A DNA stretch of 56,836 bases from an uncultured Roseburia sp. (GCA_944375975.1 CALWBG010000001.1:1-56836); one strand, 5' to 3'; positions 1-10,306 are shown, counted from the first letter of the stretch. Numbers and translations are program-made. Notes: generated by a model not told the origin, from the letters alone.

Positions 1-370
1 GGGTCAATCTGTCAGCAAGTTCAACGGGATGCGCCGCTGTGTACATTTGAACATTCGAAGCGATTAAAACATTACTTCCTATGGTTATTTTATTGCAGTC
101 TACCAACGTACAATTCATATTGACAGATACATTGTCACCCAGCGTTATATTGCACCCGTAATCACAAATAAACGGCGCCCCTACCGATACATTGTCCCCG
201 ATGCTTTCAAACAATTCCCGCAGAATCGCCGTTTTTCTTTCCTTTTGTTCATATGCCAGGGAATTGTATTCTTTCAGCAACGCCCTCGCTTTTTGTTTAT
301 ATTCCAAAAAAACGGTGTCATGGCAATTATACCATTCTCCGTCAAGACATTTTTGCAATTCTGTTTTCAA
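1..370 (-). CDS. Sugar (maltose/galactoside) O-acetyltransferase, 3' end outside window
   Basis: Manual translation from TTG at 370 after GGGAGG: MKTELQKCLDGEWYNCHD...APFICDYGCNITLGDNVSVNMNCTLVDCNKITIGSNVLIASNVQMYTAAHPV, with hexapeptide repeats typical of Maa/LacA. Absent from the ORF track because it is truncated. Confidence 0.85.
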   Translation of the reverse strand, partial: MKTELQKCLDGEWYNCHDTVFLEYKQKARALLKEYNSLAYEQKERKTAILRELFESIGDNVSVGAPFICDYGCNITLGDNVSVNMNCTLVDCNKITIGSNVLIASNVQMYTAAHPVELADRLT

Positions 371-398
371 CGCAGACACCTCCCGTTTTGCTTTTTCA

Positions 399-1184
399 TT
401 ATAAAAGCAATTTGATGATTTTCGCCGCCCACGAAAAATAAGGGGGTACGATTGCATCCAGCAATCCACTGACATCCGCGATTTCCTGTGCGTTAAGCTC
501 CCCGAGCTTTTGATAAACGCTGCCTGCCGCCTGCGTATCGCCTAAAGCAATCATAGCTCTGGCATAATCGCCGATGGCGGCATACTCACCGATTGCCAGC
601 GCTCCGGCGGAAAAATCGCCGATGGCAATCGCGCCAAACGAAAGGATGCCGAAGCTGATGGCTCCCGCCGCAAATATTCCGACAGAAAAGCAGCCTGCGG
701 AGAACACACCGAACGCAAGCAGGCCGACTGCAAGCAGACCAATCGGCAGCATTCCGAATGATAATATTCCTATGGAAAGCGCACCAATAGACAGTATTCC
801 CTGCGCCTTCAATCCGATCGCAATGATACCGCTGGCATTCACTCCCACAGCGACAACCCCTTTTGCTTTCTTTCCGATATGCCACAGGGGCATACCCCAG
901 ACGGTCTTTTCGCTTTTTCTTTCCCGAAACTTTTTTCGAAAGGGCAATATTATGATGTTCTCATTTTCCAATTTGTGGTCCGTTTCCATTTCGTCCTTCA
1001 GAAGATAGTCTAACGAACAATCAAACAGTTCGCTCATCCGTATCAGTTTGTCGGTTTCGGGATATGTAACATTACTTTCCCATTTACTGATTGCCTGCCT
1101 GGAAACACCGAGAATACTCGCAAGCTGTTCCTGCGTGTAATTATTACCTTTCCGCAATTTTGATATTTTATCGCCTAATGTCAT
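399..1184 (-). CDS. XRE-family HTH regulator with glycine-rich hydrophobic (membrane) C-terminal repeats
   Basis: N-terminal TQEQLASILGVSRQAISKWE HTH_3 motif; C-terminal GIIAIG/GILSIG-like repeats. Confidence 0.85.
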   Translation of the reverse strand: MTLGDKISKLRKGNNYTQEQLASILGVSRQAISKWESNVTYPETDKLIRMSELFDCSLDYLLKDEMETDHKLENENIIILPFRKKFRERKSEKTVWGMPLWHIGKKAKGVVAVGVNASGIIAIGLKAQGILSIGALSIGILSFGMLPIGLLAVGLLAFGVFSAGCFSVGIFAAGAISFGILSFGAIAIGDFSAGALAIGEYAAIGDYARAMIALGDTQAAGSVYQKLGELNAQEIADVSGLLDAIVPPYFSWAAKIIKLLL

Positions 1185-1311
1185 CCTGCATTCTCCGTTC
1201 TGAACGATTTATTTGTACCTATGATACCTGTTCCGCCGGAAAATGACCACCATTTTTTGATTTCGAAATGTAAACTACAGGTTGCACAGGCGATATTTGC
1301 TGGCTTTTCAC

Positions 1312-3504
1312 CTAGATGATTGTATCATCTTTTAATGTTTCGTTCAAATCGGATTTTAGGATACGTTTCCCTCCGACATAATAAGCCAGCGAAACGAAAA
1401 CGATAATCAGTAGCGCAAATACCCAAATCGCAAGGAAAGGCGCTTCCCCGAGAAAGACCTTCGTGTCTAAATGGCTCGCCGCAAGCATAAACGCTACTAC
1501 TGCCGCCGTTAACGGCAATGTAATCGCAATGGGGCGTCCGGCAATGACAAAGGCTTCGACGGCAAACATTTTTCTCATATTGGCAGGCGTCATTCCAATG
1601 GACAGATACTGGGCAAATTCACGCTTTCTCTGGCGCAGGAATCCAAGTGTGTTGGAAAAAACATTTGCAATGCCGATTGCGGCCAGTAAGCCGCAGAAAG
1701 CTCCCAAAATCATTTCCGCGCCCTTTATCATCTCATCGTTGGAAATTTTTTCCTGAAGCCTGTTTTCACTTTCCACGTCATAGGACTGTTCCAGCAGATG
1801 ATTCACCGCAGCTTCCAATTTATTTAATTCATTCAGTCCGGCTCCCTCCTGGCCCAAAAGGCGAATATACGTCGTCTGCTCCGCTCCGGTCATTTGCTCC
1901 GCTATGGTTTTCCAAAACGACAGCGGTATGAACTGTACCAACGCATAATTATCATATTCCTCGCGCAGTACCGGGATCTCCCGGGTGTAAGCCAAAACCG
2001 GAAGCTCAACGGTAGTTTCCCCGTCCACATACATGGGAATCGCTTTTCCGTCTTCTTTTAAAAATGGAATATATTCTTTGTCCCGAAAATTGCTGTTCAC
2101 GCTGTCCCAGATTCTGTTTAAAAGGATGGTTCCATCAAGCCGCGGCGCAGCTCCTGTCTGCGCACAGTACTCCAAAAAGCTCTCATCATCCATTATGACA
2201 ACCGGGGAGGCAATATGATAATACGCTCCCTCTTTCTCCACATCGCTCCCCGCAACAACCTCTAAGCCTCCGAGCGCCAGCAGCTCATCACTTTGCCAGT
2301 CAGCCGCAATCCGGACGCTTTCCTCAGCCTTTTGATACAAAACTGCACTTTCCACCCCCGAAATATTCTTGACCTGTTCTGTCCGGTCGAAATCAGCAAG
2401 AGCTGTATTTTTTACCGTAACCATGACATCCCACGCATCCTGATACCGTTCAAAATAGGTGTATCTTGTGCTGATTCCCGACAATGTAAAAAAGCAAAGC
2501 ATGACGGTAAAACCCAGATAGGAAAGCGACAAAGATAATGTCGAAATTCTCAGATGTTTCTTCTGTGCTTTTATGGCATTACCGGCCAGTTCCCCCTCGA
2601 CGCCAAATATCGCCGACAGTACAGGTGAATGCTTTCTTCTTTTCAAATGAAAATCACCCGGATTGCGGATTGCCTCAAGCGGTGTCATTTTACTTAACCG
2701 GCGGGCAGGTATCCATGCGGAAAATAATACCGTAAAACCGGCCGAAAGAAACGTAACTGCAAATACTGCCGGGTGATACTGAAATACGGCCGGATGCCGC
2801 CCGGCCACGTCCGCCGCAAAAAAGTTGATGGCTTCTATGACGATATAGCTCATTCCCATACCCAGGACACTTCCGAGTAAAATCGGCCCAAACCCAAGTA
2901 CTGCCGCTTCCGAAAGGAGGCATCTTCGAATCTGTTTGGGCGTAGCTCCGATGCTGGAGAAAATGCCAAACTGATGTACCCTCGCATTCATAGTAATTTC
3001 AAAGGCGTTGCGTATAATCAAAATCAGGGAAACCGAAACCACAAATAATACCGCAGCCAAAAAAGGCAGCAGCAGCGGCGGTTCTTCGTCCTGAGGGTCT
3101 GTAATAAAATATCTCGAAAGCAGCAGCGTATGATAATCGGCGGCATTTTCTTCCAGTCCCAGCTCCGCCGCAATCCGCGGCAGATCCTCATAAATGGTTC
3201 TGACATCCCAAAAGTAAATATCAACCACCGTCTCTTCACCCCATGAAGCCTCCTGAATAACCGCCTTTTCCACGTTCGCAAACTGGCGTATCACAGACAG
3301 GTCACTTTCATCCAAATCCCCGGTAAGACGCCCCTGCCAGTCCCCCTCGTCCAGCTTGATTTGCTCAATATCATATATCCAAAAATTATAAAACAAACTG
3401 CATAGCAGCGATAAGAACAAGGTTGCTATCAACGCAGCGGCCATAATGGCAATACCGGACACGCGGTTATTTTTGAGGTAGCTCTTAGAATAATCTTTCC
3501 ACAT
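1312..3504 (-). CDS. ABC transporter permease, FtsX/MacB-like
   Basis: Two FtsX-type segments (RVHQFGIFSSIGAT; RKREFAQYLSIGMT), multiple TM helices, next to an ABC ATPase. Confidence 0.85.
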   Translation of the reverse strand: MWKDYSKSYLKNNRVSGIAIMAAALIATLFLSLLCSLFYNFWIYDIEQIKLDEGDWQGRLTGDLDESDLSVIRQFANVEKAVIQEASWGEETVVDIYFWDVRTIYEDLPRIAAELGLEENAADYHTLLLSRYFITDPQDEEPPLLLPFLAAVLFVVSVSLILIIRNAFEITMNARVHQFGIFSSIGATPKQIRRCLLSEAAVLGFGPILLGSVLGMGMSYIVIEAINFFAADVAGRHPAVFQYHPAVFAVTFLSAGFTVLFSAWIPARRLSKMTPLEAIRNPGDFHLKRRKHSPVLSAIFGVEGELAGNAIKAQKKHLRISTLSLSLSYLGFTVMLCFFTLSGISTRYTYFERYQDAWDVMVTVKNTALADFDRTEQVKNISGVESAVLYQKAEESVRIAADWQSDELLALGGLEVVAGSDVEKEGAYYHIASPVVIMDDESFLEYCAQTGAAPRLDGTILLNRIWDSVNSNFRDKEYIPFLKEDGKAIPMYVDGETTVELPVLAYTREIPVLREEYDNYALVQFIPLSFWKTIAEQMTGAEQTTYIRLLGQEGAGLNELNKLEAAVNHLLEQSYDVESENRLQEKISNDEMIKGAEMILGAFCGLLAAIGIANVFSNTLGFLRQRKREFAQYLSIGMTPANMRKMFAVEAFVIAGRPIAITLPLTAAVVAFMLAASHLDTKVFLGEAPFLAIWVFALLIIVFVSLAYYVGGKRILKSDLNETLKDDTII

Positions 3505-3509
3505 ACTGC

Positions 3510-4190
3510 CTACCTCCGCTTCTGGTCACTGATTATTTTGCCGTCCTCGATTGTCACAATCCTGTCTGCCTCCAGCGCAATCCTTTCATCATGGGTAATC
3601 AGCAGAATGGTCTGTTTTAAATTCCGGTGAAACAGCTTAAGCAGGTCAATCATTTCTCTGGAATTTTTTCGGTCAAGATTTCCTGTCGGCTCATCGGCAA
3701 GCAAAATCGCCGGACGGTAAATCAGGGCCCTTGCAATCGCCACCCTCTGCTGCTGCCCGCCGGAAAGCTGATGCGGCAGCATATTCCGTTTATCCTGGAT
3801 GCCTAATGTACGGAGCAGATTTTCGTAATGATCCCGGTCCGGTTTTCTTTTATCCAAAAGCATGGGCATAAGAATATTTTTTTCTACGGTAAGCGTAGGA
3901 ATCAGATTATAAAACTGATAAATCAACCCTACCTTCCTTCTTCTGAAAATGGCGGCATCTGTAGCATTCAGGCCTCTGATATCCGAACCGTCCACGATAA
4001 CCGTGCCCTTTGTCGGCTTCTCAACGCTCCCTAAAATATGCAGCAGGGTAGATTTTCCGGATCCGGACGCCCCTACAACCGCCGCAAATTCCCCGGCTTG
4101 CATGGAAAAATTAATTCCTCTTAATGCCTCAACCCGGCTCTCCCCCTCCCCAAACACCTTTTGCACTCTACTGCATTTTATCATTTCCAT
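3510..4190 (-). CDS. ABC transporter ATP-binding protein (LolD/MacB-like)
   Basis: Walker A GASGSGKS, signature LSGGQQQR, Walker B LLADEPTGNLD. Confidence 0.95.
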   Translation of the reverse strand: MEMIKCSRVQKVFGEGESRVEALRGINFSMQAGEFAAVVGASGSGKSTLLHILGSVEKPTKGTVIVDGSDIRGLNATDAAIFRRRKVGLIYQFYNLIPTLTVEKNILMPMLLDKRKPDRDHYENLLRTLGIQDKRNMLPHQLSGGQQQRVAIARALIYRPAILLADEPTGNLDRKNSREMIDLLKLFHRNLKQTILLITHDERIALEADRIVTIEDGKIISDQKRR

Positions 4191-4221
4191 GTACAGCCCT
4201 CCTGTGATTTTGTTTTACCCC

Positions 4222-4253
4222 ATGATAACAAAGTAAAGTGACATCTCAGTGAC
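4222..4253 (-). promoter_or_regulatory. Putative response-regulator box and -10 for the ABC operon
   Basis: GTCACT direct repeat with 11-bp period (4237-4242, 4248-4253) upstream of TG-n-TATCAT; typical OmpR-family site arrangement. Confidence 0.45.
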
Positions 4254-5421
4254 TGTACAGACGAATTTCAAAGCAGGCTCCGCCACCCGGGAGGTTTTCC
4301 GCACTCAATATCCCGTTCTGCCGCTCAATGATTTCCTTTGCAATGGAGAGACCTATTCCTATACTTCCTGCCTTTGCGTTTTTGCCGCGGTAAAACCGTT
4401 CAAATAAATGTGGGATATCTTCTTTGGCAAAGCCTTCCCCCTCATCCCAGATTCGAAGCCGCACATACAGCGGATTTTTCTCACAGGTACAATGGACCGC
4501 AGTTCCCGGGGCACTGTGCTCCATACAATTTTTCAGCAGATTCATAACGGCTTCCATTGTCCAGTCCAAATCCATATGGACCGTAATCTCTCCCATCTCC
4601 GGTATGTCTATCAGAACTCCCGACTGCCGTGATAATTCCTCTAAATTATCGGCAGCCAGCATGAGCAGCGTAAATACGTCCACAGAGGTCCGTTGCAAAG
4701 GCAGTTTGCCCGCATCAATCCGTGACAGCAAAAGAAGCGCTTCCTCCAGATTGGTTAACCGATTTAACTGTTTTTCTATCTGAGAAAGATATTCCTCCCG
4801 GGGCTTATCCTTCATCATCTGAACAGACAGGGAAATGGCAGTGATCGGCGTTTTCACCTGATGGGCGATATTGGAAAGGTTCTCCGCAAAATTGTTTTTT
4901 TCTTCTACCGCCGTATCCCTTGTTTGATACAAAGCCGTCACCGTTTTGTAGATTTCATCCTGTAGCTTCGAAAACTCATCCTCCGCAGACGCCAGAAGAA
5001 CGCCCGGTCTTCCGGTATTGATTTTTTCCAGATAATTTGTCAGCATTTTCACCCTGGATGTCAGTTTTTTATGCCAATACCAGACAGTGAAAAGGTATAA
5101 TAACCCGGCGGCAAGGATGCCAAGTCCCGCCGCAGGGAAAACTTTTCCGTTCCCCCGGCTGAAATCGGAAGCACGATAGCCGAATGTACTTAAAAAATTT
5201 TCCGCCTCCCGCCCGGTCAGTGCGTTCTCTTTCAGCAGATTCTGTATGGTTTCTTCCGCATCCGACTTTGCTTTGATGAGTTCGCTGCAAAAAGCGCCCA
5301 GCAGTTCAAACTGTTTTTCTGTGTAATAACAATATAAAAAAGCGGCTGTCAACGAAACAGCAAGCAGGCTTGCGGAAAGCACAAGCAGGAAGTACGGAAC
5401 TTTGTTTTTTTGCGCGGTCAT
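4246..5421 (-). CDS. Membrane sensor histidine kinase
   Basis: Two TM segments, H-box AHQVKTP, N-box NLLKNC, G1 DEGEG, G2 GIGLSI. Confidence 0.95.
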   Translation of the reverse strand: MTAQKNKVPYFLLVLSASLLAVSLTAAFLYCYYTEKQFELLGAFCSELIKAKSDAEETIQNLLKENALTGREAENFLSTFGYRASDFSRGNGKVFPAAGLGILAAGLLYLFTVWYWHKKLTSRVKMLTNYLEKINTGRPGVLLASAEDEFSKLQDEIYKTVTALYQTRDTAVEEKNNFAENLSNIAHQVKTPITAISLSVQMMKDKPREEYLSQIEKQLNRLTNLEEALLLLSRIDAGKLPLQRTSVDVFTLLMLAADNLEELSRQSGVLIDIPEMGEITVHMDLDWTMEAVMNLLKNCMEHSAPGTAVHCTCEKNPLYVRLRIWDEGEGFAKEDIPHLFERFYRGKNAKAGSIGIGLSIAKEIIERQNGILSAENLPGGGACFEIRLYSH

Positions 5422-6089
5422 GTGATATCCTCCATACGATAGCCAAAGCTTCGGATTGTTTTCAGGTTCGCCGGCTGATTCAATTTTTCTCTCAACCGCT
5501 TCATTGTAACCGTCAATGTGTTGTCATTCACGTAATTTCCGTTACTGTCCCATATCTGTTCCAGCAGTTGCTGTCTTGTGACGGTTTTCCCTTTGTTTTC
5601 CATCAGAAGCAGCAATAGCTGATATTCAGCCTGGCTCACGCTGATTTCTTTTTTATCGCAAAAAACCATCATTCTGCTTTTGTCAACCGTAATGGAGCCG
5701 CAGGAAAGGCAGCTCCCGGATACCTTTCCGGTTCTTCGCAGCAGCGCGCCGATACGGGAATATAAAACCTCAAGTTCAAACGGCTTTGACACGTAATCAT
5801 CCGCTCCGTTTTGAAAGCCGCAGACAATATCCCGTGTGTCGTTCCTGACAGTCAGAAAAATAATCGGCATTTGGGGCCACTCAGCGCGTATCCATTTGCA
5901 AAGGGCATCCCCGCTTCCATCCGGCATGTTCCAGTCTAAAAGAACAAGCTGCGGCACATGACGCTTTAGCGCCGCTTTTACCGATGTTGCCGTTTCATAT
6001 AAATAAACTCTGTAATCACGCTGTTCCAGGTAATCCTTTACCATTTGCGAAATATTGCTGTCGTCTTCCACGTAAAAAATTTCAGTCAT
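5418..6089 (-). CDS. OmpR/PhoB-family response regulator
   Basis: Receiver VEDD...LLDWNMPD...GADDYVSKPF; winged helix LTVTMKRLREKL...RSFGY. Confidence 0.95.
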   Translation of the reverse strand: MTEIFYVEDDSNISQMVKDYLEQRDYRVYLYETATSVKAALKRHVPQLVLLDWNMPDGSGDALCKWIRAEWPQMPIIFLTVRNDTRDIVCGFQNGADDYVSKPFELEVLYSRIGALLRRTGKVSGSCLSCGSITVDKSRMMVFCDKKEISVSQAEYQLLLLLMENKGKTVTRQQLLEQIWDSNGNYVNDNTLTVTMKRLREKLNQPANLKTIRSFGYRMEDIT

Positions 6090-6292
6090 GGCGTTCCTCC
6101 GGGTTGCTTGAGATATTTTGACGGTAGCTTATTTTCATGCTCATATGTTTTATTATATTGGGGAGAAACCGAGAAAGCAACCTGACAATTCCGGCAGCGG
6201 ACATATTGACTCTTACCTACACAAAAAAAGCCACTACGGAAAACAAACTCTCCATAATGGCTTCAACAAAAATATACAGCAATTTCTTTTTA

Positions 6293-6536
6293 TTATTCTC
6301 TTGTTACATTAAATATTTTCAATATTTCATATGCATCAAGCATACCCGCCATATAAGCATTTATATTGGCATCATATTCTCTTTCATTTTCTTTTGCAAT
6401 TAAAGTTTCAATCACCTTTTTTGTTTTTTGTCAAATTAAGTCGTTCCAATGATTCATACGCCTGTTTGACCTCTTGTATTTTTTTCTGGTATTCCATGTC
6501 ATTTTTCAATAATTTATTCATGGTTCGATTTTTCAT
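6293..6536 (-). pseudogene. Frameshifted small hypothetical protein (~80 aa if rejoined)
   Basis: MKNRTMNKLLKNDMEYQKKIQEVKQAYESLERLNLTK continues in the -1 frame as QKKVIETLIAKENEREYDANINAYMAGMLDAYEILKIFNVTRE*; the break is at an A-run (6424-6429). Confidence 0.5.
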
Positions 6537-6667
6537 ACTTTCTGCTTGAATTTAGCTATTTATAATAACCGTATACCGTTAAAAAAGCATATTATCATAA
6601 CTTTATTATCTCTTTTATTGTACCTGATTATTCATCAAAAAGCATGTCGTTTTTTGTTGCAAAATTT

Positions 6668-6832
6668 TTATATGACCGCCTCCTTTGCTTTCTGCTTCTT
6701 CTTATTTGCTTTTTCCATATCCGGCTGCCTGTTCTGTGCTTCCGCCTTTTCCTGCATCTGCGCTAGCTTTTCCTTTAAAGAAGCAAGCCCTTGCGCCTTT
6801 TTCAGCCCCGCAATGGCTTTCTTTACGGACAT
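6668..6832 (-). CDS. Small basic hypothetical protein, possibly a C-terminal remnant of a mobile-element gene
   Basis: MSVKKAIAG...SLKEKLAQMQEKA...KAKEAVI; ATG at 6832 within the longer ORF 6668-6991. Confidence 0.35.
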   Translation of the reverse strand: MSVKKAIAGLKKAQGLASLKEKLAQMQEKAEAQNRQPDMEKANKKKQKAKEAVI

Positions 6833-6923
6833 ATTTATTACCCTTGTGTACAGAGGGGCCGAACTAGAAAAAAATTTTAAAATCAATGACCAGGTGACTA
6901 AAAAAATATATAAGTTTTTATCT

Positions 6924-6967
6924 ATATCATTCACATTTCCGTGGCTTTTTTCACAGAAATATGATAT
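6924..6967 (+). promoter_or_regulatory. Palindromic operator upstream of the HTH/R-M operon
   Basis: ATTTCCGTG (6935-6943) / CACAGAAAT (6952-6960) inverted repeat, 8/9 match, flanked by ATATCAT/ATGATAT. Confidence 0.45.
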
Positions 6968-6995
6968 TCTAATCTTCGGGTAGGAGGCCACAAAA

Positions 6996-7220
6996 ATGTC
7001 AGTTAGTTATAAAAAATTGCAACATATGATGATTGAACGAGATATATCTAATTCCAAACTAATGCACGATGCAAATATATCAGCAAACATAATTAGTAAG
7101 ATAAAGAACGGACAATACATCGCTCTTGATAAAGTTGAAAGCATTTGCAAAGCCTTAGACTGTACACCAAACGACATACTTGTATTTCTGGATTCTCCAG
7201 ATGATTCTTCTAAAAAATAA
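6996..7220 (+). CDS. Cro/C1-type HTH regulator, controller-like for the R-M operon
   Basis: MSVSYKKL...ISANIISKIKNG...LDKVESICKALDCTPNDIL; AGGAGG RBS; directly upstream of the MTase. Confidence 0.85.
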   Translation: MSVSYKKLQHMMIERDISNSKLMHDANISANIISKIKNGQYIALDKVESICKALDCTPNDILVFLDSPDDSSKK

Positions 7221-7240
7221 ACTAAGGACGGTATGCTAAT

Positions 7241-9106
7241 TTGAGATATTTAGGTAATAAAGACTCTATATCTGATTTTATTAAAGATATAATGTGTCAG
7301 AAAGTGAGTTTTCAAAAAAACACTATTCTATTTGATGCTTTTTGTGGCACGGGTTCTATGTCTAATGCCTTTAAAGATATATGTAAAATAGTGATAAATG
7401 ATAATCTCCATTGTTCTTCTACATATGCACATGGACGATTAATTGCTGCTAATTGTAATTTTGAAGGTCTTGGTTTTGACCCATTTACATTTTTCAATAG
7501 CAATAGTAATACATTAAATGGGTATTTTTTTAACACATACTCCCCAGGTGGTTCTTCCAGGATGTATCTTTCAGAATATAATGCTGGTCGTACTGACTAC
7601 TTTAGAGAAACAATAGAGGAATGGTATATAAAACAAAAAATCAATCTGAATGAATATCACTATCTTCTTGCTTGTCTTATCGAATCAGTTTCCTTTGTAT
7701 CAAATACAGCTGGTGTATATGGTGCATTTTTAAAAAAATGGGACGAACGAGCTTTAAAACCAATTCAATTTTTAAATCTGTCTGATGATATCCAGTCAGT
7801 AAATGAGATAGATGTATATACCAATAAACTTGAAGATATAATTGGTGATGTAGATTGCGACGTATTATATCTTGACCCACCCTATACACAGAATCAATAC
7901 GGAACCCAATATCACCTTTTAGAAACACTAATACTAAATGACAAGCCTGAATCAGTTAGTAAAGTAACTGGGTCAAGAAGCACCAGAGAAATGCGTTCAG
8001 ACTGGTCAAAAATTTATAAAGTTCACATTCTGTTTGATAAAATACTCGCCGAAACTAAAGCGGAACACATATTCTTAAGTTATAATAACGATGGGGATAT
8101 GAGTAAAGAATTTATTGAATCAACCATGAAAAGGTATGGATATGAGGATACATTTGAATGTATTACTATCCCATACAAGAAATATGAGAACTGGAAATCA
8201 GCAAATAAAAAAGAACACTACGAATATCTTTTCTATATAAAAAAGAAACCTATAAATGAGGTAATATATGAATCACCTTTAAATTATATAGGAAGCAAAG
8301 CTAAACTGATTCCTGACATACATAAACATCTAATAGATAAACCTGTTTTTGTTGACGTCTTTGGAGGTGGCTTCAATGTTGGCATAAATTCTTCTTCAAA
8401 TACGATTTACTACAATGATATTAATTTCATCGTAAAGGATATAGTCGAATCCTTTAGAAAGTACGACACCTATGACTACATTACCTATGTAAAAAAATTT
8501 ATAGATAAACACCAACTTGAAAAAGGTAATAAAGAAACCTATATTGCTGCAAGAAACTACTACAACAGTCTGCCAGATAACAAAAAAGACATTCGTATGC
8601 TATATGCTATCATCTTGTACAGTTATCAACAGCAGATTCGTTTTAACAGTAAATATGGTTTTAATAATACTGCTGGTGTACGTTGGTTCAACGATTGCAT
8701 TTTATCTAAATTGATAAGTTTTAGTCGAGTGATAAAAGAAAAGAATGTTATTTTCAGTAGCTTAGACTACATAAACCTTGGTGACTCTATTCCCTTTGAT
8801 AACAATACTTTTCTTTATCTTGACCCTCCATACAAACTAACGACTGGTAGTTACAACGATGGAAAACGTGGTTTCAAAGGATGGGACGATTCTCTAGAAG
8901 ACGAATTATTTAACTTCATTGATGATATGACAAAGAAAGGCGTTTCCTGTATGCTCTCTTATGTTTTAGAACATAAAGGGGCAAAGAATACTGCTTTAGA
9001 AGACTGGATTAACAAAAACAATTATACCTATATTCCACTTGGAAACATAATCGGAATATCTGGTCAACCACGAAAGGAGATACTTGTATTAAATTATGCT
9101 ATATAG
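7241..9106 (+). CDS. Double-domain N6-adenine DNA methyltransferase (M.FokI/M.StsI-like architecture)
   Basis: Domain 1 RYLGNK...DAFCGTGS...YLDPPY; domain 2 SPLNYIGSK...DVFGGGFNV...YLDPPY. Confidence 0.9.
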   Translation: MRYLGNKDSISDFIKDIMCQKVSFQKNTILFDAFCGTGSMSNAFKDICKIVINDNLHCSSTYAHGRLIAANCNFEGLGFDPFTFFNSNSNTLNGYFFNTYSPGGSSRMYLSEYNAGRTDYFRETIEEWYIKQKINLNEYHYLLACLIESVSFVSNTAGVYGAFLKKWDERALKPIQFLNLSDDIQSVNEIDVYTNKLEDIIGDVDCDVLYLDPPYTQNQYGTQYHLLETLILNDKPESVSKVTGSRSTREMRSDWSKIYKVHILFDKILAETKAEHIFLSYNNDGDMSKEFIESTMKRYGYEDTFECITIPYKKYENWKSANKKEHYEYLFYIKKKPINEVIYESPLNYIGSKAKLIPDIHKHLIDKPVFVDVFGGGFNVGINSSSNTIYYNDINFIVKDIVESFRKYDTYDYITYVKKFIDKHQLEKGNKETYIAARNYYNSLPDNKKDIRMLYAIILYSYQQQIRFNSKYGFNNTAGVRWFNDCILSKLISFSRVIKEKNVIFSSLDYINLGDSIPFDNNTFLYLDPPYKLTTGSYNDGKRGFKGWDDSLEDELFNFIDDMTKKGVSCMLSYVLEHKGAKNTALEDWINKNNYTYIPLGNIIGISGQPRKEILVLNYAI

Positions 9107-10301
9107 AGACATTCCTAAGTTCATCATTAAAAGAAATATGCAAAAATCAGCTCAAACAGGCATTTATTTTGATTATTTAGTCACAGACTCTGTTATGGGT
9201 CAAATCTGTGTTGAAGTAACTGGACGAAGAGATTACGACGTTGAATTTGTTGAAAACGATTATTCCGACGAATTTTTAGATGCAAAATATAATCAGGGGC
9301 GTTTGGCTATACTACAATATCACAATACTGCATCTTATATTAGTTTTTCAGATGAAAAATGTGAAGGAAGAAACTCTGGTATTCAAAGTGTACCTACTGC
9401 CTTTAATAGATTTTATAGCAATGCTCATGATGATAAGCAACTATATTTCTATTTCCTTCCTTGTAGTGGAAACAATGCAACCCCATACTACCTTTTTATG
9501 TACCGATTAATGAAAACTGCTGGATTTAACTTTATTAATATACCACCTTCTTTATCAGGACAGATAACAGCTTTTTCAAGCATTGATGATATAATTCGAG
9601 CCAGAAAAGAAAACGGTGATAGAAACTCTGGTAACAATGCAACATATATTATAAAAAATGCACCTCATGAATACGAAATCTATGGAAAAACTTATGGTGC
9701 AAACAAGTATGATACAAGTTTAATCTGTTATGCTATTAGTAAACTAGCCCAACCCGAAGACCACATTGTTCTATATGAGTACAATGAAAAAGACCTCAAA
9801 GAGTTACCAGCAGCTAGCCTAGAAGTTCTTAACTCCATGGGTAATATCGAAATCATAAAAATTGATGATGAAATAGAACGACGTGAACTTGAAGAAAATG
9901 ATAGCTTGCGTTCTCCACGATTTAATGCTCATCTGTTAGACAGACTTGGCGAACGTCATTGTGTACTATGTAACTGTAGAATCTCAGAAATAATACAGGG
10001 AGCACACATATGGCCAGTATCACAAATTAAGCACATGAATACTCTTTCTCTTGATGAAAAGCTATCATACGCAACAGACGGCGAAAACGGATTGTGGATG
10101 TGTCAAAACCACCACAAAATGTTTGACTCTAATATTTTGCTATTATCTCAAACAGGAGAAGTATCTTATAAACAAGATTTATCCGACGATGATAAAGATT
10201 ATATTAATTCAATTACTACAGTATCTATACTTCCACAACAATTAGTAACACCTAGCTATGTAAATTATATTGGATTACGTTATTCGCGTGCATCTGATTA
10301 A
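9096..10301 (+). CDS. Putative restriction endonuclease with C-terminal HNH domain
   Basis: CVLC...GAHIWP...DGENGLWMCQNHHKMFD HNH motif; start overlaps the MTase 3' end. Confidence 0.8.
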   Translation: MLYRDIPKFIIKRNMQKSAQTGIYFDYLVTDSVMGQICVEVTGRRDYDVEFVENDYSDEFLDAKYNQGRLAILQYHNTASYISFSDEKCEGRNSGIQSVPTAFNRFYSNAHDDKQLYFYFLPCSGNNATPYYLFMYRLMKTAGFNFINIPPSLSGQITAFSSIDDIIRARKENGDRNSGNNATYIIKNAPHEYEIYGKTYGANKYDTSLICYAISKLAQPEDHIVLYEYNEKDLKELPAASLEVLNSMGNIEIIKIDDEIERRELEENDSLRSPRFNAHLLDRLGERHCVLCNCRISEIIQGAHIWPVSQIKHMNTLSLDEKLSYATDGENGLWMCQNHHKMFDSNILLLSQTGEVSYKQDLSDDDKDYINSITTVSILPQQLVTPSYVNYIGLRYSRASD

Positions 10302-10306
10302 ACAAC

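Noticed and set aside
2475-2486. TTCCCGACAATG, a 12-nt match to the lysS att core
   Set aside because: Opposite orientation, inside an intact permease gene, with no arm motifs; likely chance.
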